In this document: positions 20,396 to 29,072 of the stretch, piece by piece
Numbering within the stretch: the first letter of the stretch is position 1
How the letters are laid out: each line of letters begins with the position of its first letter
Virus record (IMG/VR): IMGVR_UViG_3300047095_000752
Span: 181,226 to 245,225 of that record
Strand: one strand, 5' to 3'
Length of the DNA: 64,000 nucleotides
Position numbers and translations under genes: made by a program
Notes under the pieces: generated by a model
The model's input: the letters and a program-made list of their open reading frames with translations, nothing else
Databases searched by the model: none
Told to the model about the DNA's origin: nothing

Positions 20396-20415
20396 CGTTA
20401 GTTTATATATATAAT
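20396..20415 (-). promoter_or_regulatory. phage promoter class A
   Basis: ATTATATATAT AAACTAA CG. Confidence 0.65.
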
Positions 20416-20861
20416 CACTGTACAGTGGATGGTAGTTGCAATAATTGAGTCCCTCGTTGCCAAGAACTCTCCAATAACATAGGTCTATTCACTTTTGATG
20501 AATCGACACGAGATGTCGCTAATACCCAGCTTGCCGCCATTATCCCACTTCCCGATGATATGTTTATATATACTTTGCTTTTTCGGTGCATATGAATTAG
20601 TTGTTCACTTGCCATATAAATGGATTCCATATCATTAGGATGATCTATGATAACTTTTTTTGCTCGTATATATAATTTTGGGTGTTTAGCTCTTAGATTA
20701 TGAACAAACCCACCACTTCCTAATACCCGCTTGTATCGTATAGAATCATATAATATAAACAACTGATCTATTTCTATATCCCGCAGGATATCACATATCG
20801 CCCCTCGTTTCGTGTTTTCCTCAAGATCGGTAGTACCAACCCAACTCAATAAGACACTCAC
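20415..20861 (-). CDS. stand-alone CARF-domain protein (RtcR/PspF-type N-terminal domain)
   Basis: LLSWVGTTDL...P.D..SIY...INISSGS..MAASWVL...LLESS..RG pattern of CARF domains of sigma54 activators; no AAA+ or HTH. Confidence 0.7.
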   Translation of the reverse strand: MSVLLSWVGTTDLEENTKRGAICDILRDIEIDQLFILYDSIRYKRVLGSGGFVHNLRAKHPKLYIRAKKVIIDHPNDMESIYMASEQLIHMHRKSKVYINISSGSGIMAASWVLATSRVDSSKVNRPMLLESSWQRGTQLLQLPSTVQ

Positions 20862-20874
20862 ATAAACACTCCTT

Positions 20875-21300
20875 CTAAGTTTCGTTCAAAGGGTTATACA
20901 CAACACACGTGATTAAAGATTGTAAACAATAAGTATTATCAAAATCCGGATCCCTATATACAAATACGACATTGTTAAAACACATGAGATATAAATAATA
21001 CTTCGATAATCCGAATTCAACATAAAAACTACGATATACAGACATGTTATAAACAGATCCATAATAACGAAAGTTGTAATATTTTTTCTGTTTATTATTT
21101 AAATATTGTTTATTATGTGTTGTCTTAGTATGATGTGTTATATGTATATCCTTTGGTATGATATTTCGAAGATCCGATGTTTTACTATCTATGAAATAAG
21201 GTAAAACGAGTCTATAATCTTTTTTCAAAATTTTAAATATTAGTTCCATACATCGGATAATTATATTATCATAGGTGTCCGACAGATTTAATTTGTACAC
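20875..21300 (-). CDS. orphan protein (array member)
   Basis: 141 aa; CMELIFKILKKDYR N-terminal motif shared with other array genes. Confidence 0.5.
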   Translation of the reverse strand: MYKLNLSDTYDNIIIRCMELIFKILKKDYRLVLPYFIDSKTSDLRNIIPKDIHITHHTKTTHNKQYLNNKQKKYYNFRYYGSVYNMSVYRSFYVEFGLSKYYLYLMCFNNVVFVYRDPDFDNTYCLQSLITCVVYNPLNET

Positions 21301-21326
21301 ACGAAGCCCTCAAGTTAAATACCATA

Positions 21327-21725
21327 TCATAGACGATACTCAAATATATATTCTCCGAAATACGTCCCGGTTAAATCATAGTCCTCAAGTCTAACCAAAA
21401 AACTTAACAATACGAAATTTGTTTTAAAAGTAAATGCGGTCAATGTAGTAATTCCATCACAGTCGTATATTATGGTATCACTTAATATCACCGCATTCTT
21501 GTTGAATGTATAATTATGTTTAGGCTTATATTTCAAATCTGGTATATACAATTCCATTTCTTCACCATTTGGATAGGAGTCATATAAACCAATTAGTCTG
21601 TTGTTTACACTTTGGCTTGACCACAATTTCATGTAATTGAATATAGGGAATATTTTAACATTTAAGTTAGACACAAGAACATGGGTATAATATATACACT
21701 GTTGAATTCTATGTTGTATATCCAT
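21327..21725 (-). CDS. orphan paralogue (PIFN...KxNF family)
   Basis: FPIFNY...KTNFVLL. Confidence 0.55.
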   Translation of the reverse strand: MDIQHRIQQCIYYTHVLVSNLNVKIFPIFNYMKLWSSQSVNNRLIGLYDSYPNGEEMELYIPDLKYKPKHNYTFNKNAVILSDTIIYDCDGITTLTAFTFKTNFVLLSFLVRLEDYDLTGTYFGEYIFEYRL

Positions 21726-22114
21726 TATACGGGGAGTACCGAACTTCTAAATGGCAGTCTGTTATAATTAGATGATGGACATGCATATCTAGATGTTAGA
21801 ATTAAAAAATTGTACTTTGGAACTCTTAGAACTAATACGGTCGAGTCGTGTACACTAGATTTGGAGAACCCGCGACACACACTCAATTTAAATGTGTGAT
21901 CCGAATTAACTAATGGATAAGGAAAGTGAATGTCGATCCCATAGAAATTGAATTTTACTTTATCACTTTGTTTGGAATCTATACATATTATATCATGCAT
22001 CATAAAATTAAATATAGGAAATCGACATATTTTTAGGTCGTAGATCAATCTTAAAATTAAAGCCAAACTATTAGTTAACTTAGATTTATATACAAGACTT
22101 GGTCCCACCATCAC
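21725..22114 (-). CDS. orphan paralogue (PIFN...KxNF family)
   Basis: FPIFNF...KYNFLIL. Confidence 0.55.
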   Translation of the reverse strand: MMVGPSLVYKSKLTNSLALILRLIYDLKICRFPIFNFMMHDIICIDSKQSDKVKFNFYGIDIHFPYPLVNSDHTFKLSVCRGFSKSSVHDSTVLVLRVPKYNFLILTSRYACPSSNYNRLPFRSSVLPV

Positions 22115-22560
22115 ATCATCCTCCTTTTTTGCTTAACATTCATCATACTGTAGTTATATGGCCAGGTATCTCTATGGTATTCAGAATCCTCGTTGGACCC
22201 GTCTGTTACCCTTTTTAATAACATAAAATTATATTTACTGGTGAATAAGGATAGGGATACATCACAACATTTATCTCTTATTGGCGCAAACACATTCCTG
22301 AATATAATATTTGGGGAACCAACTGATATTTTAAAATTAGACATATAAAGAGACTCAGCAGACGACCTTCGTATTGGCGTAGTTTTGGTATAATTAGTTT
22401 GAAAGTTATTATAATCCCATGCTTTAACAAAATTAAATATAGGTATAATTGTAATATGTAACCCAAAGTCTATGAGCTTAAACAATTTATTTACTATACT
22501 ATATTGCATTCCTTTAATATAATGTATATACTTATATGAATTTTGATTCCATGGGTACAA
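22111..22560 (-). CDS. orphan paralogue (PIFN...KxNF family)
   Basis: IPIFNF...KYNFMLL. Confidence 0.55.
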   Translation of the reverse strand: MYPWNQNSYKYIHYIKGMQYSIVNKLFKLIDFGLHITIIPIFNFVKAWDYNNFQTNYTKTTPIRRSSAESLYMSNFKISVGSPNIIFRNVFAPIRDKCCDVSLSLFTSKYNFMLLKRVTDGSNEDSEYHRDTWPYNYSMMNVKQKRRMM

Positions 22561-22617
22561 GCTCTAACCTCCACTCGTCATAATTAACCGCAGAAAAATA
22601 AAACAGAAGTATAACTC

Positions 22618-22637
22618 CAATAATAAATATATATAGT
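22618..22637 (-). promoter_or_regulatory. phage promoter class A
   Basis: ACTATATATAT TTATTAT TG; heads the paralogue/CARF operon. Confidence 0.7.
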
Positions 22638-22650
22638 TAAATAAACGTCG

Positions 22651-22663
22651 GGACAAATGTGTA
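22651..22663 (+). promoter_or_regulatory. phage promoter class B (GGACAAAT)
   Basis: GGACAAATGTGTA upstream of the 22686 gene. Confidence 0.6.
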
Positions 22664-22685
22664 TATACTTAAAAGGAGATTTTAT

Positions 22686-22892
22686 ATGATTACTCATAAA
22701 GACATACACGTAGTTTTAGAATCATTTGTCAAAGAAACTACGCAAAAAAATAATGCCGTAAAGACCGAAGATAATTTTATGTTAGAGTCTAACTTACTTG
22801 AGTACGGTAGTGAAACCTATGATTTTGCTGGAAATATTAAAGTTGCTGACGAAGCTGCCTATATGGATTTCATCATCGAAAATAACCACTAA
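22686..22892 (+). CDS. small acidic protein with LxE motifs
   Basis: AAGGAG RBS, ATG 22686. Confidence 0.6.
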   Translation: MITHKDIHVVLESFVKETTQKNNAVKTEDNFMLESNLLEYGSETYDFAGNIKVADEAAYMDFIIENNH

Positions 22893-22972
22893 ATCCTAGT
22901 TTCGACTTTCTTTTTACCTCACTAGATGGTATACTGTAGTAACAACAGTTTCCAATTTAGTGAGGTTTTTTC

Positions 22973-24169
22973 ATGTCTAATAATCTTAAACCGATAATGT
23001 TCTGCACACAACCATGTATGGAGATATTCGATTATATAAATCCAAATACCATTGACACGATACATCTATATATAGATTTAAAAAATTCATCGACCAACTT
23101 ATTTATACCAGATGTAGTACAAGAAATAGTAGAGACAAGTCGCCGAATGGGTAAGTCAGTTGAAAGTTCTATTTTTCAATCTATTATATTGACTTGCTCG
23201 AACTGGATAAGTGCTGCTCGAAGCCGTGGGTTTAATTGTAAGATAATCATATGCAATGATAAAGGCAGGTCCGAATACCATACAAAACTAAATCCATTAT
23301 ATAAAAAGAATAGAAAAATCACAAATGTATTGATGGAACATTATAGTGAAGAAATGGATCAGATTAAGACCCGCAACTGGGATTTCGCTGAGAAGATATG
23401 TGCAAAATTAAATAATATACATTTTATTAATATTAATTTCTTAGAAAGTGATTTTTTACCTTATTATTTAATAACTCGATATTTCAACGAATCGCCAAAT
23501 GTATATCATATCGTATCATCATGTGATAAGGATCACTTTCAATTATTAAATAAACCCAATACAATAATGTTCTCACGCAAATCAGGCACTACAACCATAT
23601 TAGATAAACAATCGTATTTAAGTAAATTTTTAAAGATTAATAAAGCCAGCGTTAAATCACAATCCAAATGGATCGATATAATGTCTAAAGTAAATCCAGA
23701 ATATATTGTATTAATAATGGCTATGTGCGGGGACGTATCCGATAACGTATTTGGTATACCTAGAATTGGTGATAAAACTGCATTAAAAATGATATCAGAT
23801 CATGATGTTGTAAACGAACTAATTGGTACGGTGGATGAACTTGAAGATAGATTATATAATGGTGGAAAAGTAATTCTAGATAAGCCTGATTTATATGATA
23901 GTTTAGATAATAATTGGAAATTAGCTGTAGATAATAATGACTTACTCACCAAAGCATATAAACAAATAAGCTACGAATCGCTATCAAGATGGCTTGATAA
24001 AACTGACATGATTAATGTTAAAGTTCCTGCTCGTAAAGCGATTGATGATAATATTAATAAACCATTCTATGTTTATAACGAAACTCACAAAGAAAATTTT
24101 ATCAAAAAAATAAAAGAATTAATACACGACTTTCACTTGAACGATTCTGATATTTACAATTTATTTTAA
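22973..24169 (+). CDS. 5'-3' exonuclease / T4 RNase H-like (FEN family)
   Basis: YID, YKKNR, ESD, SCDKD, GDVSDNVFGIPRIGDKTA (H3TH). Confidence 0.85.
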   Translation: MSNNLKPIMFCTQPCMEIFDYINPNTIDTIHLYIDLKNSSTNLFIPDVVQEIVETSRRMGKSVESSIFQSIILTCSNWISAARSRGFNCKIIICNDKGRSEYHTKLNPLYKKNRKITNVLMEHYSEEMDQIKTRNWDFAEKICAKLNNIHFININFLESDFLPYYLITRYFNESPNVYHIVSSCDKDHFQLLNKPNTIMFSRKSGTTTILDKQSYLSKFLKINKASVKSQSKWIDIMSKVNPEYIVLIMAMCGDVSDNVFGIPRIGDKTALKMISDHDVVNELIGTVDELEDRLYNGGKVILDKPDLYDSLDNNWKLAVDNNDLLTKAYKQISYESLSRWLDKTDMINVKVPARKAIDDNINKPFYVYNETHKENFIKKIKELIHDFHLNDSDIYNLF

Positions 24170-24172
24170 TCT

Positions 24173-24218
24173 AAAAAACACGCTACCGGGATATCTGCCG
24201 GTAGCGTGTTCTTTTTTA
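24173..24218. terminator. bidirectional intrinsic terminator
   Basis: AACACGCTACCGG/CCGGTAGCGTGTT flanked by A- and T-runs. Confidence 0.8.
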
Positions 24219-24222
24219 GTTC

Positions 24223-24633
24223 TTATGCTTTCTTTCCTTTCTGGATTGCTTCGAGGACAATCCCGGTTGAAAGGACCGCGAACAATATCACGGTCTGCAC
24301 CATAGCCGCCCCAGCCACTGCAGTTAGGCAGTAGGGGGATTCGTTCAACTTGTAGGACATGGCGATGATCGCCAGTCCCGCTACGACGAGGGAAATAACC
24401 GCCCGGAGGCGGATGTGATTTTCCCACATGTAGCGCGTCCGCTCATGTGGCTCCGACCACCTCTGATTGATAATCAGTACCCAAAGCGCCGCTGTTGTTC
24501 CGGCGACACATGATACCACCGGGATGCTGATGTTGTTGAGTGGTGCGAAATACGCCGCCCCGTAGATTGCAGCCTCTCCAATGATAGCAGCGATTAGCAT
24601 AAAAGGCATTAAAGCCTTCCGATCTTCAAACAC
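24223..24633 (-). CDS. GC-rich multi-pass membrane protein
   Basis: about four hydrophobic helices; GAAGGAG RBS. Confidence 0.7.
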   Translation of the reverse strand: MFEDRKALMPFMLIAAIIGEAAIYGAAYFAPLNNISIPVVSCVAGTTAALWVLIINQRWSEPHERTRYMWENHIRLRAVISLVVAGLAIIAMSYKLNESPYCLTAVAGAAMVQTVILFAVLSTGIVLEAIQKGKKA

Positions 24634-24663
24634 GATTTTACTCTCCTTCCAAGAGGTATTATA

Positions 24664-24981
24664 CTATTTCCCGAACATCGCCCCCATCATCCGACCCGCC
24701 GTCGCCAATCCCATCACCGTATTTTTAATCTCCTCTATTTTGGGTCTAAGACCCGATGCCTTGAAGCGGAGCGCGTCAACAATGACGCCCACCACAATCA
24801 AGGTAACAACGCCACATATCAGATAGGTCGGGGCGGCGAGCGCCTTCATAGCACCCACCGCGAGGAAGCCCACCATGTAGGCTTCCTTGTTCCCCCCGGT
24901 CTGGATTCCTTTCCAGACCGGGGTAACGAATGCTCGGGTGAGGGACCCAATCCTTTTGAGTCCCTTTACGATGGGGTTCAT
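24664..24981 (-). CDS. GC-rich membrane protein
   Basis: ATG 24981 in ATGA overlap with the upstream gene; hydrophobic core. Confidence 0.65.
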   Translation of the reverse strand: MNPIVKGLKRIGSLTRAFVTPVWKGIQTGGNKEAYMVGFLAVGAMKALAAPTYLICGVVTLIVVGVIVDALRFKASGLRPKIEEIKNTVMGLATAGRMMGAMFGK

Positions 24982-25316
24982 GTGCAAGCCCCAACCCGTG
25001 CACCCACGGACTGGGCGAGGTACCATGCCGCGTAGACGGCGATGGCGGGGATGAACCACAAGAGGCTACACCCCGTCACCACGAGGTCTAGAATCTGACC
25101 GGCCTTGTGGTCTACGGTCCCCTTCCTCTCAATCGCGAGCATGATACCCATGCTCACGAAACTTCCCGTGATCGCCACAGCGGCAATCGTGGGGAAGATG
25201 GTGCCGACAGCACACCAACCAATAAGGCTGATGGCGTCGGCGGTGACTGGCGACCTCTCAAGGAAGTCAAGACACTTCCCGATGGTCACCTGAAGGTGAA
25301 GTTTGAGTTTACCCAT
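24978..25316 (-). CDS. GC-rich membrane protein
   Basis: AAAGGA RBS; hydrophobic helices. Confidence 0.65.
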   Translation of the reverse strand: MGKLKLHLQVTIGKCLDFLERSPVTADAISLIGWCAVGTIFPTIAAVAITGSFVSMGIMLAIERKGTVDHKAGQILDLVVTGCSLLWFIPAIAVYAAWYLAQSVGARVGACT

Positions 25317-25349
25317 AATATATCCTTTCTTGGAGATGTTTTTGTTCAG

Positions 25350-25796
25350 TTATACCGCCACACAACCGACGCGGGCGGGACGCTCACCCATAAAGCTATT
25401 ATTACGGATGGTGGATAAAATCTTCTCACCGATAATGTAAGTGGCGAGGGCGGTGATGACACGGAGTGTAAAACCGAGTAGCACACCCACCACCATAAGC
25501 TGCAACCCAACCAACCAGATGGTCAGTTTGCCTAGCACCGCATAACCGGCGAAGCGGGCAATACCCCCTTCGATGACGACCGTCAGTATCGTCTTCAACG
25601 AGGGCTTAGAGACGAGCTCAATCGCGGAGCATACAAGCACCACACCACCAATGGCGGTGAGAGCGACTGGGGCGGCGACGAGACCCATCGCCATCCCACC
25701 TACACCCACAACAACGGACGCCACAGGGGCGAACTTCACGCCGAAGTTGAGGGCGCGGACGATGATATTCTTGACATTGGATACGATGCTTTTCAT
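25350..25796 (-). CDS. GC-rich membrane protein
   Basis: first gene after class A promoter; very hydrophobic. Confidence 0.7.
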   Translation of the reverse strand: MKSIVSNVKNIIVRALNFGVKFAPVASVVVGVGGMAMGLVAAPVALTAIGGVVLVCSAIELVSKPSLKTILTVVIEGGIARFAGYAVLGKLTIWLVGLQLMVVGVLLGFTLRVITALATYIIGEKILSTIRNNSFMGERPARVGCVAV

Positions 25797-25869
25797 GGTA
25801 TTACCCTTTGATGTTTAGACTATATGAAACCACCATTCAATCCGCATAGATCGATGATAGTATTCTTTA

Positions 25870-25889
25870 CACTTCTTAATATATATAAT
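25870..25889 (-). promoter_or_regulatory. phage promoter class A
   Basis: ATTATATATAT TAAGAAG TG, immediately after terminator hairpin 25901-25928. Confidence 0.7.
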
Positions 25890-25938
25890 GAAAAATCAAC
25901 AAAAAAAGACCCCATAAATATGAGGTCAAAATGTTAAA

Positions 25939-27337
25939 TTATTTAAATTTTAATGACAATTTACCATGTCTTACCATATATACATCAAGCACAGATATAC
26001 CATCACGTTTAATTTTTATAGGGTATCTAAGTCTTGTGAACCAATTGCGATCAGTATCACCCATAAAAACATAAGATATAAGAATTAATTCGGATTTAAA
26101 AGATCTTAGTAATTTTGATACTTTATTTAAACATACAAAAACATTGTCTTTGAAGATATAGCGAAACCAAGAGAAGATGTCGATCATTACGTTCTACCAA
26201 CGACTAAATTTGTGAAATAAGGGTTTATGGTATATTTAATCATACGAGATGGATAAAAATATCCACTGGATGGTTTAAAAATAATTAACTCACACCCATA
26301 GGAATTACTTAAACCATACTTAAAATCTATAAAAGGGGAGACCCCCGGTATACGAAAACTTTTGACTAACTTATATGTATAAAATATACAATCTAAAATA
26401 GTAATACCCTTAGCCATAATGCATCTCGTATGATTTCTTTAATTTGGTATATCGAACAATAGGAGGACCGGTATGTAGTCGATATAAAATACCAGTTAAA
26501 TTAAAGGAACGATTTGCATATTTGCTCACCCCATAAAGAGTCCACATCGACATAAATTTGTTTTGATCGAAACCATATCCGGTATTAATATCAGATCCAC
26601 TAAATATCCACTTTATAATTGAATCAATTTTTTTGAATATTTTCATAATTAAAATTTTTATAACGTCATTGTAAAATTTCACCAGTTAAACTCCATTTCA
26701 AACAGTCGCCTAAATATTTATCATCGTAGGACTTTATATGATAATAAAACGTGTCAGTAGAATATTTAGTACATACTATTTTTAAAGCATGTCTACATAA
26801 AATACTAATCATTGCGCGGTAATCAAATTTAATTATACTAAATATAAGATTGACAAACATATTAAAATATTTATAAGGTGCGCTGATAGGCGTCAGTAAA
26901 CGCAAGTGCTAAACTCCCTCTGGTTCGTATATAATCTACGACGGTATATACCATAAAAGCCAACTGCTTAGATTTAAGGATTTGTGTTTCAGTCCAAGAA
27001 TGTAATTTAACAATAGTATTAAATGAAAATGTTAATATATGTCTATATGTTTTTTTGGTAATATAATAAATATATTTGAAAATTAAATCTACACACTTAC
27101 GAAATAGGTTTTCTAAAGCCATCGGAGTTTACTCACCGGATTCAATATTAAAGCAAATTTTCCAATACCATACCTATAAGCCTGTGAATACTCACAATAA
27201 AAATATTCTATTATACCTATTGAAAATGATATTAGCCAGACATATTTGAACTTATATTGAACTAATGCGTGTAGAAGTTTGTAATATGGGTTTATAGTAG
27301 CTAGTATATAAAAGTTGGAGTATGATAATGTCTTCAT
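25939..27337 (-). CDS. array of six translationally coupled 74-90 aa orphan genes (25939-26187, 26187-26417, 26410-26682, 26666-26905, 26871-27122, 27113-27337)
   Basis: head-to-tail overlaps; similar size and Y/F/I/K-rich composition. Confidence 0.55.
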
Positions 27338-27366
27338 TGTTTCTCCCGTGGTTTACCCTTTTAGCT

Positions 27367-27379
27367 GGACAAATTAATG
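27367..27379 (+). promoter_or_regulatory. phage promoter class B
   Basis: GGACAAATTAATG upstream of the neck gene. Confidence 0.6.
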
Positions 27380-27411
27380 AAAGTATATTAGTTTAAAGGA
27401 GATATATTAAA

Positions 27412-28134
27412 ATGCTTACTTGGGATAAAGTTTTAACCTACGTAAAGGCTAACTTAGCTTTACCGTCAACATTTATTGAACATGATGATACTCAGATCCA
27501 AGATTATTTGAAGATCACGGCGTTATCCGAATTTAGTACATACATACCTGATTGGGAACGTGTGCCGATATACCCCGGAATTGACACATACAAAGTACCT
27601 CAAAAATCAAATCAATTCTATTTTTTCGATGAAGAATGCTGCGATATAATTAATGTACTTTTTTGTTATTTTAATATGGAAAGTGAATTGTGGACGGGGC
27701 ATCCTGTAGTTGGTCCATACGGACTTGAACATTATAAATGGTGGAGTTTGTCCGTATTCAAGAGCAAGCTATTTAAGAAGTACTCGAACTACGATCAAGT
27801 CTATAGATTTATACAACCGAATATTATAGAGATCCTTCCCGGTAATCTTGGAGATGATCCGATTGTTGTTGAATACGAGCGAACTCAGCCAAAAGACTTA
27901 TCAAAAATGCCGCAACCATTTGAAATGTTATTCATGGATCTTTGTTTAGCTCACTACATGACTCGCCTCGGTAATTTGAGATCACATTACGGATCCGGTA
28001 ATATTCAAACTCCATTTGGCGACATACCTTTAAGTGGAGACGATCTAAGATCCAGAGGCGATGAACTTCGCCAGAGAGTTGTTGAAAAGCTTGAAAATAA
28101 TTCACAACCAGAAATCTATATAGAGATAGATTAA
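27412..28134 (+). CDS. neck / head-tail adaptor protein (T4 gp13-like)
   Basis: N-terminal YVKANL..P..FIE.DD.QI; C-terminal LCLAHYMTRLGNLRSHY..IQTPFG.IPLSGDDL. Confidence 0.7.
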   Translation: MLTWDKVLTYVKANLALPSTFIEHDDTQIQDYLKITALSEFSTYIPDWERVPIYPGIDTYKVPQKSNQFYFFDEECCDIINVLFCYFNMESELWTGHPVVGPYGLEHYKWWSLSVFKSKLFKKYSNYDQVYRFIQPNIIEILPGNLGDDPIVVEYERTQPKDLSKMPQPFEMLFMDLCLAHYMTRLGNLRSHYGSGNIQTPFGDIPLSGDDLRSRGDELRQRVVEKLENNSQPEIYIEID

Positions 28135-28154
28135 TGGATCGGATCCAAACATGA

Positions 28155-28190
28155 AACAAAAAATAAAGCCTGTATATAAACAGGCTTAAA
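28155..28190 (-). terminator. intrinsic terminator
   Basis: AAGCCTGT/ACAGGCTT followed by T-run on the minus strand. Confidence 0.7.
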
Positions 28191-28239
28191 ATTTATGGGT
28201 GTTAATTTACCTCACTTTAAGTTAAAGTTGAACTATATA

Positions 28240-28259
28240 CAATATTTAATATATATAAT
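28240..28259 (-). promoter_or_regulatory. phage promoter class A (no downstream ORF)
   Basis: ATTATATATAT TAAATAT TG. Confidence 0.65.
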
Positions 28260-28702
28260 TAAGTGGTAGTTTCACCATCGAAGTGTTCATCATCAGCCTT
28301 AGCTATTTCTTTAGTTTTATGAATTGTTCCGTCTTTGTGGTTTGGAGGGGAGTAAATACTGTATAATTTAAGTTTAGTAGTTCCAGTATTTACAATGTTG
28401 TGCTTAACTCCAGCCGGGATAATAATTCCTGCGCCGGGATATATTTCATATTCTTTACCATCAATAACACTTACACCGGTACCTTCTTCGATTCTAAAAA
28501 ATTGATCTAAGGTATGGGTTTCGGAACCGATATCTTCATTTTCATTAAGGGACATAGCGACTAACTGACAATTGTTAGCTGTATATATAACTTTTCTAAA
28601 ATTGTCATTATCTTCAGTTAGTTTTTCAATATTATCTATAAACCCATTTTGACTTGATAATGTGTTTTCATTTAATTTCTTTTTTGTTATAACTTTATAC
28701 AT
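28259..28702 (-). CDS. cupin-2 domain protein with N-terminal extension
   Basis: NFRKVIYT..CQLVAMSL...DIGSETH..DQFFRIEEG...IPAGVKHNIVN...LKLYSIYSPPNH. Confidence 0.88.
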   Translation of the reverse strand: MYKVITKKKLNENTLSSQNGFIDNIEKLTEDNDNFRKVIYTANNCQLVAMSLNENEDIGSETHTLDQFFRIEEGTGVSVIDGKEYEIYPGAGIIIPAGVKHNIVNTGTTKLKLYSIYSPPNHKDGTIHKTKEIAKADDEHFDGETTT

Positions 28703-28717
28703 AACTTAATCCTTTCA

Positions 28718-29017
28718 ATGTTGGAGGTATTCATGCTAAAATTTGTCATAAATATATCTAAACTAATTATAACATTAATTGTATGTGGATTCACGTATAA
28801 TTTGTTAGTTGACAGTTATAATAGAGTTACTAAAAAAGAAAATGTTATATATAACATATCAGTGTATTACGATCTATCTCTGGCCGATTCAGACTCCTCG
28901 TACAAGATGCCAATCATAAAGGATAATTATATACAATACACAAATATAAACGGAGACACTTTAATATACAGTAACTTTAGATATAAGATTGAAGTTAAGG
29001 AATTGGACAGCAAATAA
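28718..29017 (+). CDS. small membrane-anchored protein
   Basis: N-terminal hydrophobic helix. Confidence 0.5.
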   Translation: MLEVFMLKFVINISKLIITLIVCGFTYNLLVDSYNRVTKKENVIYNISVYYDLSLADSDSSYKMPIIKDNYIQYTNINGDTLIYSNFRYKIEVKELDSK

Positions 29018-29028
29018 GAATAGAATTG

Positions 29029-29036
29029 GGACAAAT
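29029..29036 (+). promoter_or_regulatory. phage promoter class B
   Basis: GGACAAAT upstream of 29073. Confidence 0.55.
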
Positions 29037-29072
29037 TTAAGTAAATTTAACTTTTAATGAAGGATTTTATAA

